From NCBI GenBank assembly GCA_028278505.1, contig JANQEG010000142.1:3581-67580 (forward strand): a stretch of 64,000 nt of DNA, in the 5' to 3' direction. This DNA is from Rhodobiaceae bacterium. GTDB taxonomy: Bacteria > Pseudomonadota > Alphaproteobacteria > Rhizobiales > JAKPQE01. The notes beneath the pieces were generated by a model that saw only the letters and a list, made by a program, of their open reading frames with translations, was not told the DNA's origin and did no database searches. Below, piece after piece: positions 1 through 8,171 of this stretch (positions are counted from its first letter, which is position 1; the number at the start of each line of letters is the position of its first letter). The position numbers and the translations under genes were made by a program.

Positions 1-695
1 GCCGGATCGATCTCCCAGAGTTCCTTCAGCCCGAGGCCGAATTTCTGCGGCTGGCGCCCGGCCGACAGATCGTAGCGGTCGATCAACTGCTTGGCGAGCG
101 AGCCGCGGGCGCCCTCGCCGATCAGCACGTATTTGCCGACAAGCTCCATGCCGCGCATGAAACTGTCCTTCGCCGCGCCGTCGGCGCCGACGCCCATATC
201 GCCGGTGGCGACGCCGAGCACTTCGCCATTGTCGCCGTAGATCAGTTCGGCGGCGGCGAAGCCGGGATAGATCTCGACGCCGAGCGCCTCGGCCTTTTCG
301 GCGAGCCAGCGGCAGACATTGCCGAGGCTGACGACGTAGCAGCCGTGATTGTTCATCAGCGGCGGTAGCGCGAAATTGGGCAGCCGCAGGGCGCCGGCGG
401 GCCCGAGATAGTAGAAGCGGTCGTCGGTCACGGCGGTCTTGATCGGGCTGTCCTCGTCGCGCCAGTCAGGCAACAGCCGGTCGATGGCGATCGGGTCGAT
501 GACGGCGCCCGACAATATGTGGGCGCCGACCTCTGAGCCCTTTTCGAGCACGACGACGGAAATCTCCGCGCCGGCCTCGGCCGCGAGCTGTTTCAGGCGG
601 ATCGCCGCGGCGAGCCCGGACGGGCCGGCACCGACGATTACCACATCGAAGTCCATCCGCTCGCGCTCCGGCAGTTCCGCGCCCTCATCCGTCAT
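1..695 (-). CDS. electron-transferring-flavoprotein dehydrogenase (ETF-ubiquinone oxidoreductase), N-terminal part; 3' end outside window
   Basis: Own minus-strand translation from ATG 695-693: MTDEGAELPERERMDFDVVIVGAGPSGLAAAIRLKQLA...MNNHGCYVVSLGNVCRWLAEKAE. FAD GxGxxG and typical ETF-QO motifs. Absent from the ORF track because it runs off the window edge. Confidence 0.85.
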   Translation of the reverse strand, partial: MTDEGAELPERERMDFDVVIVGAGPSGLAAAIRLKQLAAEAGAEISVVVLEKGSEVGAHILSGAVIDPIAIDRLLPDWRDEDSPIKTAVTDDRFYYLGPAGALRLPNFALPPLMNNHGCYVVSLGNVCRWLAEKAEALGVEIYPGFAAAELIYGDNGEVLGVATGDMGVGADGAAKDSFMRGMELVGKYVLIGEGARGSLAKQLIDRYDLSAGRQPQKFGLGLKELWEIDP

Positions 696-831
696 TGCCA
701 CCCTCCAAACCGAAGCCGAAATTTTTTGTCGCGCTTCCCGGTTATCCCGCCGACACCCAAGGAATTCGCGGTGCAGCGAGAATTTAGTGCTATCGTCGGC
801 CGACTCTTATCGGAAAAGCACCGGCCGGGAA

Positions 832-1674
832 ATGACGGAAGCGGACGGAAATTTGCGGCGGGCGGCGTGGGCCCTCATCGAATGGTATGCGGAGGCGGGC
901 GTCGACGCCTTCCTCGCCGATGCGCCGCAGGACCGCTTTGCCGAAAGCGCGCGGCCGGCGCCGCGGCGGGAGGCGCCGTCGCGCCCGGCACCACCGCCGA
1001 GAGCGGCGCCCGCGCCACGGCCGCGGCAGACACCGCCGACGACGGCGATCACCGGCCGGGCGCAGATGCCGACCGACGAAAGCGTGCTGGCGGCGCGCGA
1101 GCGGGCGGCGGCCGCCGCCGATCTCGACGAACTGCGCCGGGCGCTCGCCGAATTCGAGGGCTGCGCGCTGCGCTTCACCGCCAAGAATTTGGTCTTTGCC
1201 GACGGCAATCCAGAGGCGCCACTGATGTTCGTCGGCGAGGCGCCGGGCCGCGACGAGGACATTCAGGGCCTGCCCTTTGTCGGCCGCTCCGGCCAGCTTC
1301 TCGACCGCATGCTCGAGGCGATCGGCCTGGACCGGCAAAGCGCCTATATCGCCAATGTCGTGCCGTGGCGGCCGCCCGGCAACCGGACACCGACGCCGAC
1401 CGAGACGGAAATCTGCCGGCCGTTCATCGCCCGCCAGATCGAGCTGGTCTCGCCGAAAATTCTCGTCTGCCTCGGCGCCGCCTCGGCGCGCCAGCTTCTG
1501 CAGACCACCGAAGGCATTTTGCGCTTACGCGGCAAATGGCTGAGCTATCGCGCCGGCGGCCTCGACATCCGGGCGATGGCGACGCTGCACCCGGCCTATT
1601 TGCTCCGCCAACCCCTGCAGAAGCGGCTGTCCTGGCGGGATTTTCGCGAAATTCAAAGGGTGTTGGGGGAATAG
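832..1674 (+). CDS. uracil-DNA glycosylase, family 4, with Pro/Ala-rich N-terminal extension
   Basis: ORF 439..1674. Core motifs LVFADGNPEAPLMFVGEAPGRDEDIQGLPFVGRSGQLL and ATLHPAYLLR. Start moved to in-frame ATG 832 because the upstream part overlaps the ETF-QO gene. Confidence 0.85.
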   Translation: MTEADGNLRRAAWALIEWYAEAGVDAFLADAPQDRFAESARPAPRREAPSRPAPPPRAAPAPRPRQTPPTTAITGRAQMPTDESVLAARERAAAAADLDELRRALAEFEGCALRFTAKNLVFADGNPEAPLMFVGEAPGRDEDIQGLPFVGRSGQLLDRMLEAIGLDRQSAYIANVVPWRPPGNRTPTPTETEICRPFIARQIELVSPKILVCLGAASARQLLQTTEGILRLRGKWLSYRAGGLDIRAMATLHPAYLLRQPLQKRLSWRDFREIQRVLGE

Positions 1675-1733
1675 GGGGCGGTCACTGCCTGGTGCGTCAA
1701 CCGCAACGCGTTCGCCGTTTTCGGCACTGCACC

Positions 1734-1761
1734 GGTGCGTTACGCCTGCGGCTAACGCACC
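1734..1761. repeat. REP-like hairpin GGTGCGTTA-N10-TAACGCACC
   Basis: Perfect 9-bp inverted repeat read directly in the UDG/M24 intergenic region. Confidence 0.5.
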
Positions 1762-1918
1762 CTACGATATCGCCCACACGCCGCCGTCACCCCCAGCCGC
1801 AGCCGAGGCAAGGAAAGCGCCCGTCTTTGCCGGCTCAAGCTAGCTGCCGCGGCAAAGACCGCCCGCGCGGTGATTGCCGAGCTTGATGCCGATCCGGCCG
1901 TCCGGCCGGCCGCACAGC

Positions 1919-3178
1919 TCAAAGCAGCGCGTCCTCGAAGGGAAATCTGGAGAGCAGTTCGATGCCGGTTTCGGTGATCAGCACCTGCTCCTCGAGCTTG
2001 ACGCCCTCGACGCCGCCGTCCTCGCCGACATAGCTCTCCACGCAGATCGTCATGCCGGGTTCGATCACGCCGTCATAGCCGGCATCCGGAAAGTCGCCGT
2101 GGTGATAGAGATAGGGGTATTCGCCGGTCAGCCCGCAGCCATGCGCCGATAAGTAATAGCGGTTCGCATAGTATTTTTCGGGGATCGACCAGGCGCGGTC
2201 GGCGTATTCGCGGAAAGTCAGGCCCGGCTTCAATACACCCATATTGTGGTGCACCTGCTCGTGGGCGAGCCGGTAGAGCGTCCTTTGCGCGTCGCTCGGG
2301 TTTCCGGGACCGGAATGGAAGGTGCGGGAGAAGTCGGAATAGTAGCCGTGGCAGCCGACGACGTCGGTATCGAGCGCGATCAGTTCGTTCTCGCCGATGA
2401 TGTTGGGCGCGGCCTCCTGGAACCAGGGATTGGTGCGCTGTCCGGCGTTGATCAGACGGGTCTCGCAATAATCGCCGTTCTGTTCGATTACAGATTGATG
2501 GAGCACCGACCACAGCGCGATCTCGGTGATGCCCGGCCGGATCGCCTCGCGCAGCTTGGCGACGGCGATCTCGGTGGCGCGCAATGAGGCGCGGACGCAT
2601 TTGATCTCTTCCGCCGATTTGATGGCGCGGGCCATCTCGACCGGCTCCTGGGCATCGACGATGTTGAGGCCGAGCTCGTTGAGCGCGATCGCCGTTCCGG
2701 CATTCAACCGCTCAAGCCCGAGGGTTGCGCCCCTGCCGGTCAGTTCCACGACGAGATCGGCCATTTCGGCGGCCCAGCGCCGCTCGCGCGCGGCAATCTC
2801 CGGGCCGGCGGCGACGAAGCTCGCGGTCATTGCCGGACGCACCTCGTCCACCGTCTCGAAGCCGTCGGCGAGGTGCAGGCAACCGGTAAACTCGAACAGG
2901 ATCGACCGGTCGGCGGTCATCAGCAGATAGCGCGACGGCGCATTGCGCATGGAAAACACCTGCATGTTGCGGGTGCCGGTGGCGTAGCGGATGTTGATCG
3001 GGTCGGACAGGATCACCGCATCGATGCCGCGCTTGGCCATTTCCCGGCGCACGCCGGCCTGGCGGTAGGCGCGGACCGCCTTCAGGTCGATGTCTTCGCT
3101 TTCGGGCGCGCAGTCGAGCCGGGCCAGCCCCGCCAAATCGCTGCGGTCGCCGTGCCAATCGAAATTCGCCATCGCCAT
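1919..3178 (-). CDS. M24-family metallopeptidase-fold protein (creatinase/prolidase/DddP-like subgroup)
   Basis: 419-aa ORF. N-terminal creatinase/prolidase-type domain (DPINIRYATGTRNMQVF) plus pita-bread C-domain (ALDTDVVGCHGYYSDFSRTF, SAHGCGLTGEYP, CVESYVG). Confidence 0.8.
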   Translation of the reverse strand: MAMANFDWHGDRSDLAGLARLDCAPESEDIDLKAVRAYRQAGVRREMAKRGIDAVILSDPINIRYATGTRNMQVFSMRNAPSRYLLMTADRSILFEFTGCLHLADGFETVDEVRPAMTASFVAAGPEIAARERRWAAEMADLVVELTGRGATLGLERLNAGTAIALNELGLNIVDAQEPVEMARAIKSAEEIKCVRASLRATEIAVAKLREAIRPGITEIALWSVLHQSVIEQNGDYCETRLINAGQRTNPWFQEAAPNIIGENELIALDTDVVGCHGYYSDFSRTFHSGPGNPSDAQRTLYRLAHEQVHHNMGVLKPGLTFREYADRAWSIPEKYYANRYYLSAHGCGLTGEYPYLYHHGDFPDAGYDGVIEPGMTICVESYVGEDGGVEGVKLEEQVLITETGIELLSRFPFEDALL

Positions 3179-3223
3179 CCCCCGAGCGGCGCTCTAGCCT
3201 CTCGTCTCGATGTCATCACCTAA

Positions 3224-3332
3224 CCCCTCCCTTGTCACCACCCGGTTTATCCGGGTGGTCCATTGGCGCGTCAACTTGCCAACGCTTTGGTGCAGGAATT
3301 CAAGCGCTTCTGAGCACCGAAAGGCCATTGGA
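3224..3332 (+). repeat. MITE/REP-like element, copy 1 (right arm truncated)
   Basis: CCCCTCCCTTGTCACCACCCGGTTTATCCGGGTGGTCCATTGG... aligns by eye with copies at 3385, 36658, 56354 (reverse) and 62321. Confidence 0.8.
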
Positions 3333-3384
3333 CACACTACACGACACAAACACCATCACCACGACCCCTCCCTCGTCACCACCA

Positions 3385-3530
3385 CCCCTCCTTCGTCACC
3401 ACCCGGTTTGTCCGGGTGGTCCATTGGCCCGTCCACTTGCCAACGCATTTGTTAAGGAGTTCAAGCGCTTCTGGGTGCCGGACCGCCATTGGATTGCCCG
3501 GATAAACCGGGCAATGACGACGGAGGAGAG
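3385..3530 (+). repeat. MITE/REP-like element, copy 2 (full length, ~145 bp)
   Basis: Left arm CCCCTCCTTCGTCACCACCCGG-TTTGT-CCGGGTGGTCCATTGG. Right arm CCATTGGATTGCCCGG-ATAAA-CCGGGCAATGACGACGGAGGAG. The termini are imperfect inverted repeats. An extra left terminus lies in tandem at 3365..3384. Confidence 0.85.
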
Positions 3531-3616
3531 ATCGAAACCATGCCAAAATGCCTGAACCGGGCAGCAGTGGGACATGCCCGGCAGGTCGAAAATATTCTGT
3601 TGGGTCGTGTAGTGTG

Positions 3617-3662
3617 GCCATCGGAATCCCCGCATGAAGCGGGCAATGACGACGGAGCAAGG
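3617..3662 (+). repeat. arm-only fragment of the same element family
   Basis: GGCCATCGGAATCCCCGC-ATGAA-GCGGGCAATGACGACGGAGCAAGG resembles the right arm. Confidence 0.6.
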
Positions 3663-3776
3663 ATCGACACCATCCGAAAACGCCTAAACCGAACGGCAAT
3701 GGGACAAGCCCGGGCATGACAAGACTATTGCGGTACTTCGATGTCGCCCGCCGACTCAATCGCGAAATCCAATGCC

Positions 3777-4883
3777 CTAACTCTCCTTGATCTCGGTTGC
3801 GGTGATCTCGATGCCGAAGCCTTCGAGGCCGACATAATGGCGCTCCCGCGAGGCGAGCAGCCTGATTGAGGAGATGCCGAGATCCTTCAATATCTGCGCG
3901 CCGAGGCCGATCTCGCGCCATTGCTCCTGACGGATTTCGGCGGCCGGGCGTTCGACGTCGAACTCCTCGCGCGGCCGGTGCGGGGCGCCGTAGGCGACGC
4001 CGGTCGATCCCTCGCGCAGGTAGACGACGACGCCGCGGCCGCCCTCGCCGATCCGCCGCATGGCGGTGCGGATGCCTTCGCAGTCGCCGAACACGTCGTC
4101 GATCACCGATTCCAGATGCAGCCGCACCGGAATGTCGCGGCCGTCGCGGATGTCGCCATAGACGATCGCCAGGTGCTGCATCGGATCCCATGGCGTTGAA
4201 TAGCTGACCGCCTTGGCCCGGCCGGCAAAGGTGTCGATGTCGACGACACCGACGCGCTCGATCAGATGCTCCTGGCGCTGGCGGTAGGCGATCAGATCGG
4301 CGACGGAGACCATCGGCAGGCCGTGCTCCTCGGCAAAGCCGGCAACTTCGGACCCGCGCTTGACCGTGCCGTCATCGTTGACGAGTTCGCAGATGACGCC
4401 GACCGGCGCGAGGCCCGCAAGGCGGGCGAGATCGACGGCGGCCTCGGTATGGCCGGAGCGCATCAGCACCCCGCCCTCCTTGGCGATCAGCGGGAAGATG
4501 TGGCCGGGGCGGACGAAATCCACCGACCCCGAATTGGGATTGGCGAGCCCGCGCACGGTGGCGCAGCGATCATCGGCTGAAATGCCCGTGGTGGTGCCGT
4601 GGCGGTAGTCGACGGAAACCGTAAAGGCGGTGCCGTGGGCGGAATCATTGTCGGCGACCATCGGCTCCAGGTGCAGGCGCCGCGCCTCCTCGCGGGGCAT
4701 CGGCGTGCAGACGATGCCGCAGGTGTGGCGGATGATGAAGGCCATCTTCTCCGGCGTGGCGAGCGCAGCGGCCATGACCAGATCGCCCTCGTTCTCGCGG
4801 TCGTCATCGTCGGTGACGATGACGATCTCGCCCCGTTCGAAGGCCCGGATGGCGTCGACGACGCGGGCGAAATCGATGGTCAT
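3777..4883 (-). CDS. ribB: 3,4-dihydroxy-2-butanone-4-phosphate synthase fused to a degenerate GTP-cyclohydrolase-II-like domain (RibBX-type)
   Basis: 368-aa ORF. DHBP synthase motifs DDDDRENEGDLVMAA and RSGHTEAAVDLARLAG. The C-terminal half has a GCH-II-like length but only one Cys where RibA has a Cys triad. Confidence 0.9.
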   Translation of the reverse strand: MTIDFARVVDAIRAFERGEIVIVTDDDDRENEGDLVMAAALATPEKMAFIIRHTCGIVCTPMPREEARRLHLEPMVADNDSAHGTAFTVSVDYRHGTTTGISADDRCATVRGLANPNSGSVDFVRPGHIFPLIAKEGGVLMRSGHTEAAVDLARLAGLAPVGVICELVNDDGTVKRGSEVAGFAEEHGLPMVSVADLIAYRQRQEHLIERVGVVDIDTFAGRAKAVSYSTPWDPMQHLAIVYGDIRDGRDIPVRLHLESVIDDVFGDCEGIRTAMRRIGEGGRGVVVYLREGSTGVAYGAPHRPREEFDVERPAAEIRQEQWREIGLGAQILKDLGISSIRLLASRERHYVGLEGFGIEITATEIKES

Positions 4884-4908
4884 ACGGTTCTCCTAGAGCG
4901 TCGGGCGG

Positions 4909-6000
4909 TCAGGCGCCGCCGGTCTGTCCCCGATGCCTTAGATAGTGATCGGCGAGCACGCAGGCGAGCATCGCTTCGCCGATCGGCACGGCGCGGATGC
5001 CGACACAAGGGTCGTGCCGGCCCTTGGTGACGATGTCGACCTCGCGCCCGGCGCGGTCGATCGTGCGCCGCGGCGTCAGGATCGACGAGGTCGGCTTGAC
5101 GGCGAACCGGGCGACGATCTGCTGGCCGGTCGAAATGCCGCCGAGGATACCGCCGGCATTGTTGGAGAGGAAATGCGGGCGGCCGTCCTCGATGCGGATT
5201 TCGTCGGCATTCTCCTCGCCGGTCAGCGCCGCGGCCGCAAATCCGGCACCGATCTCGACCGCCTTGGCGGCGTTGATCGACATCAGCGCCGCGGCGATGT
5301 CGGCATCGAGCTTGCCGTAGACCGGCGCGCCGAGGCCGGCCGGCACGCCGTCGGCGATCACCTCGACGACGGCGCCGAGCGAGGAGCCGTTCTTGCGGAC
5401 CTCATCGAGCCGGTCGGCCCATTTGGCGACCGTGATCGCGTCCGGGCAGAAGAACGGATTGCGGTCCAGTTCCTCCCACTGCCAGCGGCTGCGATCAACG
5501 GCGATGTCGCCGATCTGGATCAGCGCACCGCGCACGACGAGGCCCGGCACGATCTTGCGCGCAACCGCGCCGGCAGCGACCCGCATCGCGGTTTCTCGCG
5601 CCGAAGACCGGCCGCCGCCGCGATGGTCGCGAATGCCGTATTTCATGTCGTAGACGATGTCGGCATGGCCGGGCCGGTAGGTCTCGGCGATCTCGGCATA
5701 ATCCTTGGAGCGCCGGTCGACGTTCTCGATCTTCAAAGCCAGCGGCGTGCCGGTGGTCAGCAGCGGGCCGTCATCGTGTTCGCGGAACACCCCGGAGAGG
5801 ATCTTCACCTTGTCCGGTTCGCGGCGCTGGGTCGTGTAGCGGGACTGTCCGGGCCGGCGGCGATCGAGTTCGGCCTGGATTTCCGCTTCCGAGATCTCGA
5901 TCCGCGGCGGACAGCCGTCGATGACGCAGCCGATCTCCGGCCCGTGGCTTTCGCCCCAGGTGGTTACGCGAAACATATGGCCGTAGCTGTTGTGCGACAT
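4909..6000 (-). CDS. aroC: chorismate synthase
   Basis: 363-aa ORF with [32 protein letters not shown] and [18 protein letters not shown]. Confidence 0.95.
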   Translation of the reverse strand: MSHNSYGHMFRVTTWGESHGPEIGCVIDGCPPRIEISEAEIQAELDRRRPGQSRYTTQRREPDKVKILSGVFREHDDGPLLTTGTPLALKIENVDRRSKDYAEIAETYRPGHADIVYDMKYGIRDHRGGGRSSARETAMRVAAGAVARKIVPGLVVRGALIQIGDIAVDRSRWQWEELDRNPFFCPDAITVAKWADRLDEVRKNGSSLGAVVEVIADGVPAGLGAPVYGKLDADIAAALMSINAAKAVEIGAGFAAAALTGEENADEIRIEDGRPHFLSNNAGGILGGISTGQQIVARFAVKPTSSILTPRRTIDRAGREVDIVTKGRHDPCVGIRAVPIGEAMLACVLADHYLRHRGQTGGA

Positions 6001-6287
6001 GAGCTGTTTACTCGACTTCCCCGAAACCGCGATCGCCCTGAAAGCGGTCTGCCGGCGGAAACGCGCCGGTCAGACTGCCCCCACGCCCCGACCGCGCCCG
6101 CGCTCCCGACGTTCGTAGCGCGATGTGCTGCACCGGGCAAGCACGGGCCAAAGTGACGCGGGTGGATTGCGCCGGTCCGTTCCAGAGCTTAGACCTGTGC
6201 CGAAAAATCGCCACAGCAATTCTTTCCAATGGCGAGGATTGTGCGAATCGCGACGCACGCGCCTCGATTGGTATCGGAGTTGACAAA

Positions 6288-6542
6288 ATGCAAAAGCTTC
6301 TGTCCTGCGCCGCCTTCCTCGGCCTCCTGCTCACCGCCGGTGCCGCGGCCGCCGACGACGTTGACGGGACGATCAAGGCAATCGACACGGAAAACGGCAT
6401 GATCGTGCTGAACGACGGCAGCCAGTTCCAAATCCCCGACGAATTCAACATCGAGGGCCTCAATTCGGGGCAGAAGGTCGTCGTCTTCTTCGACGTGGTC
6501 GACGGCAAGAAGACGCTGGCCGATATCGATATTCTCGAATAA
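6288..6542 (+). CDS. small secreted DUF1344-like protein
   Basis: In-frame ATG 6288 within ORF 6123..6542. Signal peptide MQKLLSCAAFLGLLLTAGAAAA followed by GTIKAID...IVLNDGSQF. Confidence 0.7.
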   Translation: MQKLLSCAAFLGLLLTAGAAAADDVDGTIKAIDTENGMIVLNDGSQFQIPDEFNIEGLNSGQKVVVFFDVVDGKKTLADIDILE

Positions 6543-6550
6543 ACGCGTAT

Positions 6551-7138
6551 TTACAGCCAGCGGCAGCCGCCGTCGTCGATCGCCATCACCAGGTCCTGCG
6601 GCACGTGAAGCCGTATCGTCTCCGCCGGGGAAAGGCTGCCGATGTGGCCGCTGAGCACGCGGCCGACGCCGCCATGGGCGACGACAATCGCGGGGCCCGC
6701 AATCTCGCCATACCAGGCCCGCACACGCTCCGACAGCATCGCATAGCTTTCGCCGCCCGGCGGCCGATAGGACCATTTGTCGGCCTGGCGCAGCCGATGC
6801 GCCTCAGGGTCGTCACGCTTGATCTGGCGGTAGCTGCGCCCCTCCCAGTCGCCGAAGGCGATCTCCATGAGCCGCCGGTCGGTGCGGTAGCCGGCCGCTT
6901 CAAGCCCGAGTCCGCCGCGCAAAAGCTCCATCGTCTCGCAGGCGCGCCGGAGCGGGCTGGCGACATAGTCGAAATCGCGCGGATCGTGTCCGGCGTCGGC
7001 CAGGACTTCGGCCAGCCGCGCCGCATTGGCGCGCGCCTGGGCGCGGCCGGTTTCGTTGATCAGCGTGTCGGTCTGGCCCTGCAGAAGACCGTCAACATTC
7101 CAGTCGGTCTGGCCGTGGCGGAGGAAATAGATCGGCAT
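6551..7138 (-). CDS. histidine phosphatase (phosphoglycerate mutase) family protein
   Basis: ORF 6551..7240 with start moved to ATG 7138, giving MPIYFLRHGQTDWN (RHG catalytic motif). Confidence 0.85.
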   Translation of the reverse strand: MPIYFLRHGQTDWNVDGLLQGQTDTLINETGRAQARANAARLAEVLADAGHDPRDFDYVASPLRRACETMELLRGGLGLEAAGYRTDRRLMEIAFGDWEGRSYRQIKRDDPEAHRLRQADKWSYRPPGGESYAMLSERVRAWYGEIAGPAIVVAHGGVGRVLSGHIGSLSPAETIRLHVPQDLVMAIDDGGCRWL

Positions 7139-7148
7139 TGCGATGGCG

Positions 7149-8171
7149 TCAGATTTCCAGCACGAGCTTGCCGAAATTGCCGCCGCTGAACAGCAGGTTG
7201 AGCATGTCCGGATAGGCATCGACGCCGCCGGGGCGGACATCTTCGCGGAATTTCAGCAGTCCGGTCTCGTGCCAGTTCAACAGCGCCTCGACCCCTTCCC
7301 GGTAGCGATCGCGGTAGTCGAACACGATGAAGCCCTGCATCTTGAGCCGGTTGACGAGAATCGAGCGGAGATTGTGCGGACCGGGCTGCGGCTCGGTGGC
7401 GTTGTATACGGAGATCAGACCGCACACGGGGATGCGCCCGAACGCGTTCATGCGATCGAGCACGGCCTCCAGAATGACGCCGCCGACATTCTCGAAATAG
7501 ACGTCGATGCCGTCCGGCGTGGCGGCGACGAGATCGGCCTGCAGCCGGCCGGCCTTGTAGTCGACGGCGGCATCGAAACCGAGTTCTTCGGTCAAATACC
7601 GGCATTTCTCCTCGCCGCCGGCAATGCCGACGGCGCGGCAGCCGAGGATCTTGGCGATCTGGCCGACCAGCGATCCGACCGCGCCGGAGGCGGCGGAGAC
7701 GACCACGGTCTCGCCCTTTTTCGGCCGGCCGACATCGGTGAGGCCGAAATAGGCGGTCATGCCCGGCATGCCGAGGCCGCCGATCCAGCACGGCAGCGAT
7801 GCCCGCTCAGTATCGACCCTTTCGACGTCGCGGCCGTCGCTGACGGCATAGCGCTGAACGCCGAAGAGCCCGGTCACCGCGTCGCCGGGCGAAAACCCGT
7901 CATGGTTCGATGCGACCACCTCGCCGACGGCGAGCGCCCGCATGACGTCGCCGAGCGCAACGGGCGGAACATAGGACTTGCCCTCATTCATCCAGCCGCG
8001 CATGGCCGGATCGATGGACAGATAGCGCACGCGCACCACGATCTCGTTATCGCCCGGGACCGGCCGCGCCTCATCGGCGATGATGAAATCGTCGCGGGTA
8101 ACGGCGCCGATGGGGCGGCGGGCGAGGCGGACGGTGCGGTTGCGCTCGGCCATCGCGCTGCCCCGTCTCAT
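7149..8171 (-). CDS. NADP-dependent medium-chain dehydrogenase/reductase (YncB/CurA-like alkenal/enone reductase)
   Basis: 340-aa ORF with SAASGAVGSLVGQIAKILGCRAVGIAG nucleotide-binding motif. ATGA overlap with the fabI stop. Confidence 0.8.
   Translation of the reverse strand: MRRGSAMAERNRTVRLARRPIGAVTRDDFIIADEARPVPGDNEIVVRVRYLSIDPAMRGWMNEGKSYVPPVALGDVMRALAVGEVVASNHDGFSPGDAVTGLFGVQRYAVSDGRDVERVDTERASLPCWIGGLGMPGMTAYFGLTDVGRPKKGETVVVSAASGAVGSLVGQIAKILGCRAVGIAGGEEKCRYLTEELGFDAAVDYKAGRLQADLVAATPDGIDVYFENVGGVILEAVLDRMNAFGRIPVCGLISVYNATEPQPGPHNLRSILVNRLKMQGFIVFDYRDRYREGVEALLNWHETGLLKFREDVRPGGVDAYPDMLNLLFSGGNFGKLVLEI

Noticed and set aside
439-831. Upstream extension of the UDG ORF
   Set aside because: It overlaps the ETF-QO coding region on the other strand and has no UDG-like sequence. 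ATG 832 gives a sensible protein.
3232-4191. ORFs 3232..3555, 3396..3635, 3461..3673, 3489..3719 and 3376..4191 in or near the repeat hotspot
   Set aside because: Their conserved peptides (for example PPGLSGWSIGP) recur wherever the 145-bp element occurs (also 56232..56551 and 62267..62713). The conservation is therefore at DNA level, not protein level.
4884-4908. Expected FMN riboswitch upstream of ribB
   Set aside because: Only 25 nt separate ribB from the aroC stop, so there is no space for the ~140-nt aptamer.
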